53,541 nt of DNA from positions 1 through 53,541 of IMG/VR virus record IMGVR_UViG_3300002242_000923; one strand, given 5' to 3'. The notes under the pieces are model-generated. The model saw only the letters and a list, made by a program, of their open reading frames with translations. It was not told the origin of the DNA and ran no database searches. A program made the translations under genes and the position numbers. Below, one piece after another: positions 53,369-53,541 of this stretch; within the stretch, counting starts at the first letter, position 1, and each line of letters opens with the position of its first letter. The stretch comes from a virus. Taxonomy: Duplodnaviria; Caudoviricetes.

Positions 53369-53541
53369 GGTTATCCTCTAACTTTTATTCTCTTTTTTCT
53401 TTATCTCTAATCTAAGTATCTAAAACATCACCATCTAAATCTAATGTTACTTTAACTTTCTTCTTTTCGCTCATGGTATAACTTCATACCTTTTGGTCTC
53501 ATGCATTTAAACTGTCTATATTCATAATCTATTTTCTTATT

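Noticed and set aside
1-53541. Stop-codon reassignment
   Set aside because: Long conserved genes are intact in the standard code and TAA, TAG and TGA all terminate genes

Overview
AT-rich segment of a large lytic dsDNA tailed phage, read in the standard genetic code. 1-17.1 kb (+ strand) is a virion module: the end of a scaffold-like gene, a SPO1/Twort/K-type major capsid protein, a neck protein, probable head-internal proteins and other structural genes, with a GIY-YIG endonuclease and a DnaQ-like exonuclease inserted. 17.2-53.5 kb (mostly - strand) holds early/middle genes. These include nucleotide metabolism (dCMP deaminase, ThyX, a degenerate ThyX paralog, a T4 gp42-like dCMP hydroxymethylase candidate, class II RNR), DNA ligase, a MoxR AAA/VWA pair, two region-2-only sigma-like proteins, a SutA-like protein, several homing endonucleases and a complete phage-encoded ClpS-ClpA-ClpP(x2) proteolysis set. 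Two promoter classes are visible: an extended -10 (TGnTATAAT, eight times exactly 6 nt before an ATG, suggesting leaderless mRNA) and a phage-specific 11-mer, AACAGAATCGA (10 exact and 3 variant copies, all on the - strand). The most unusual element is a ~224-nt structured RNA with periodic UUGU repeats directly 3' of a DIP1984-like coiled-coil gene and just upstream of clpS-clpA. All product calls come from motif recognition by eye; no database searches were run.
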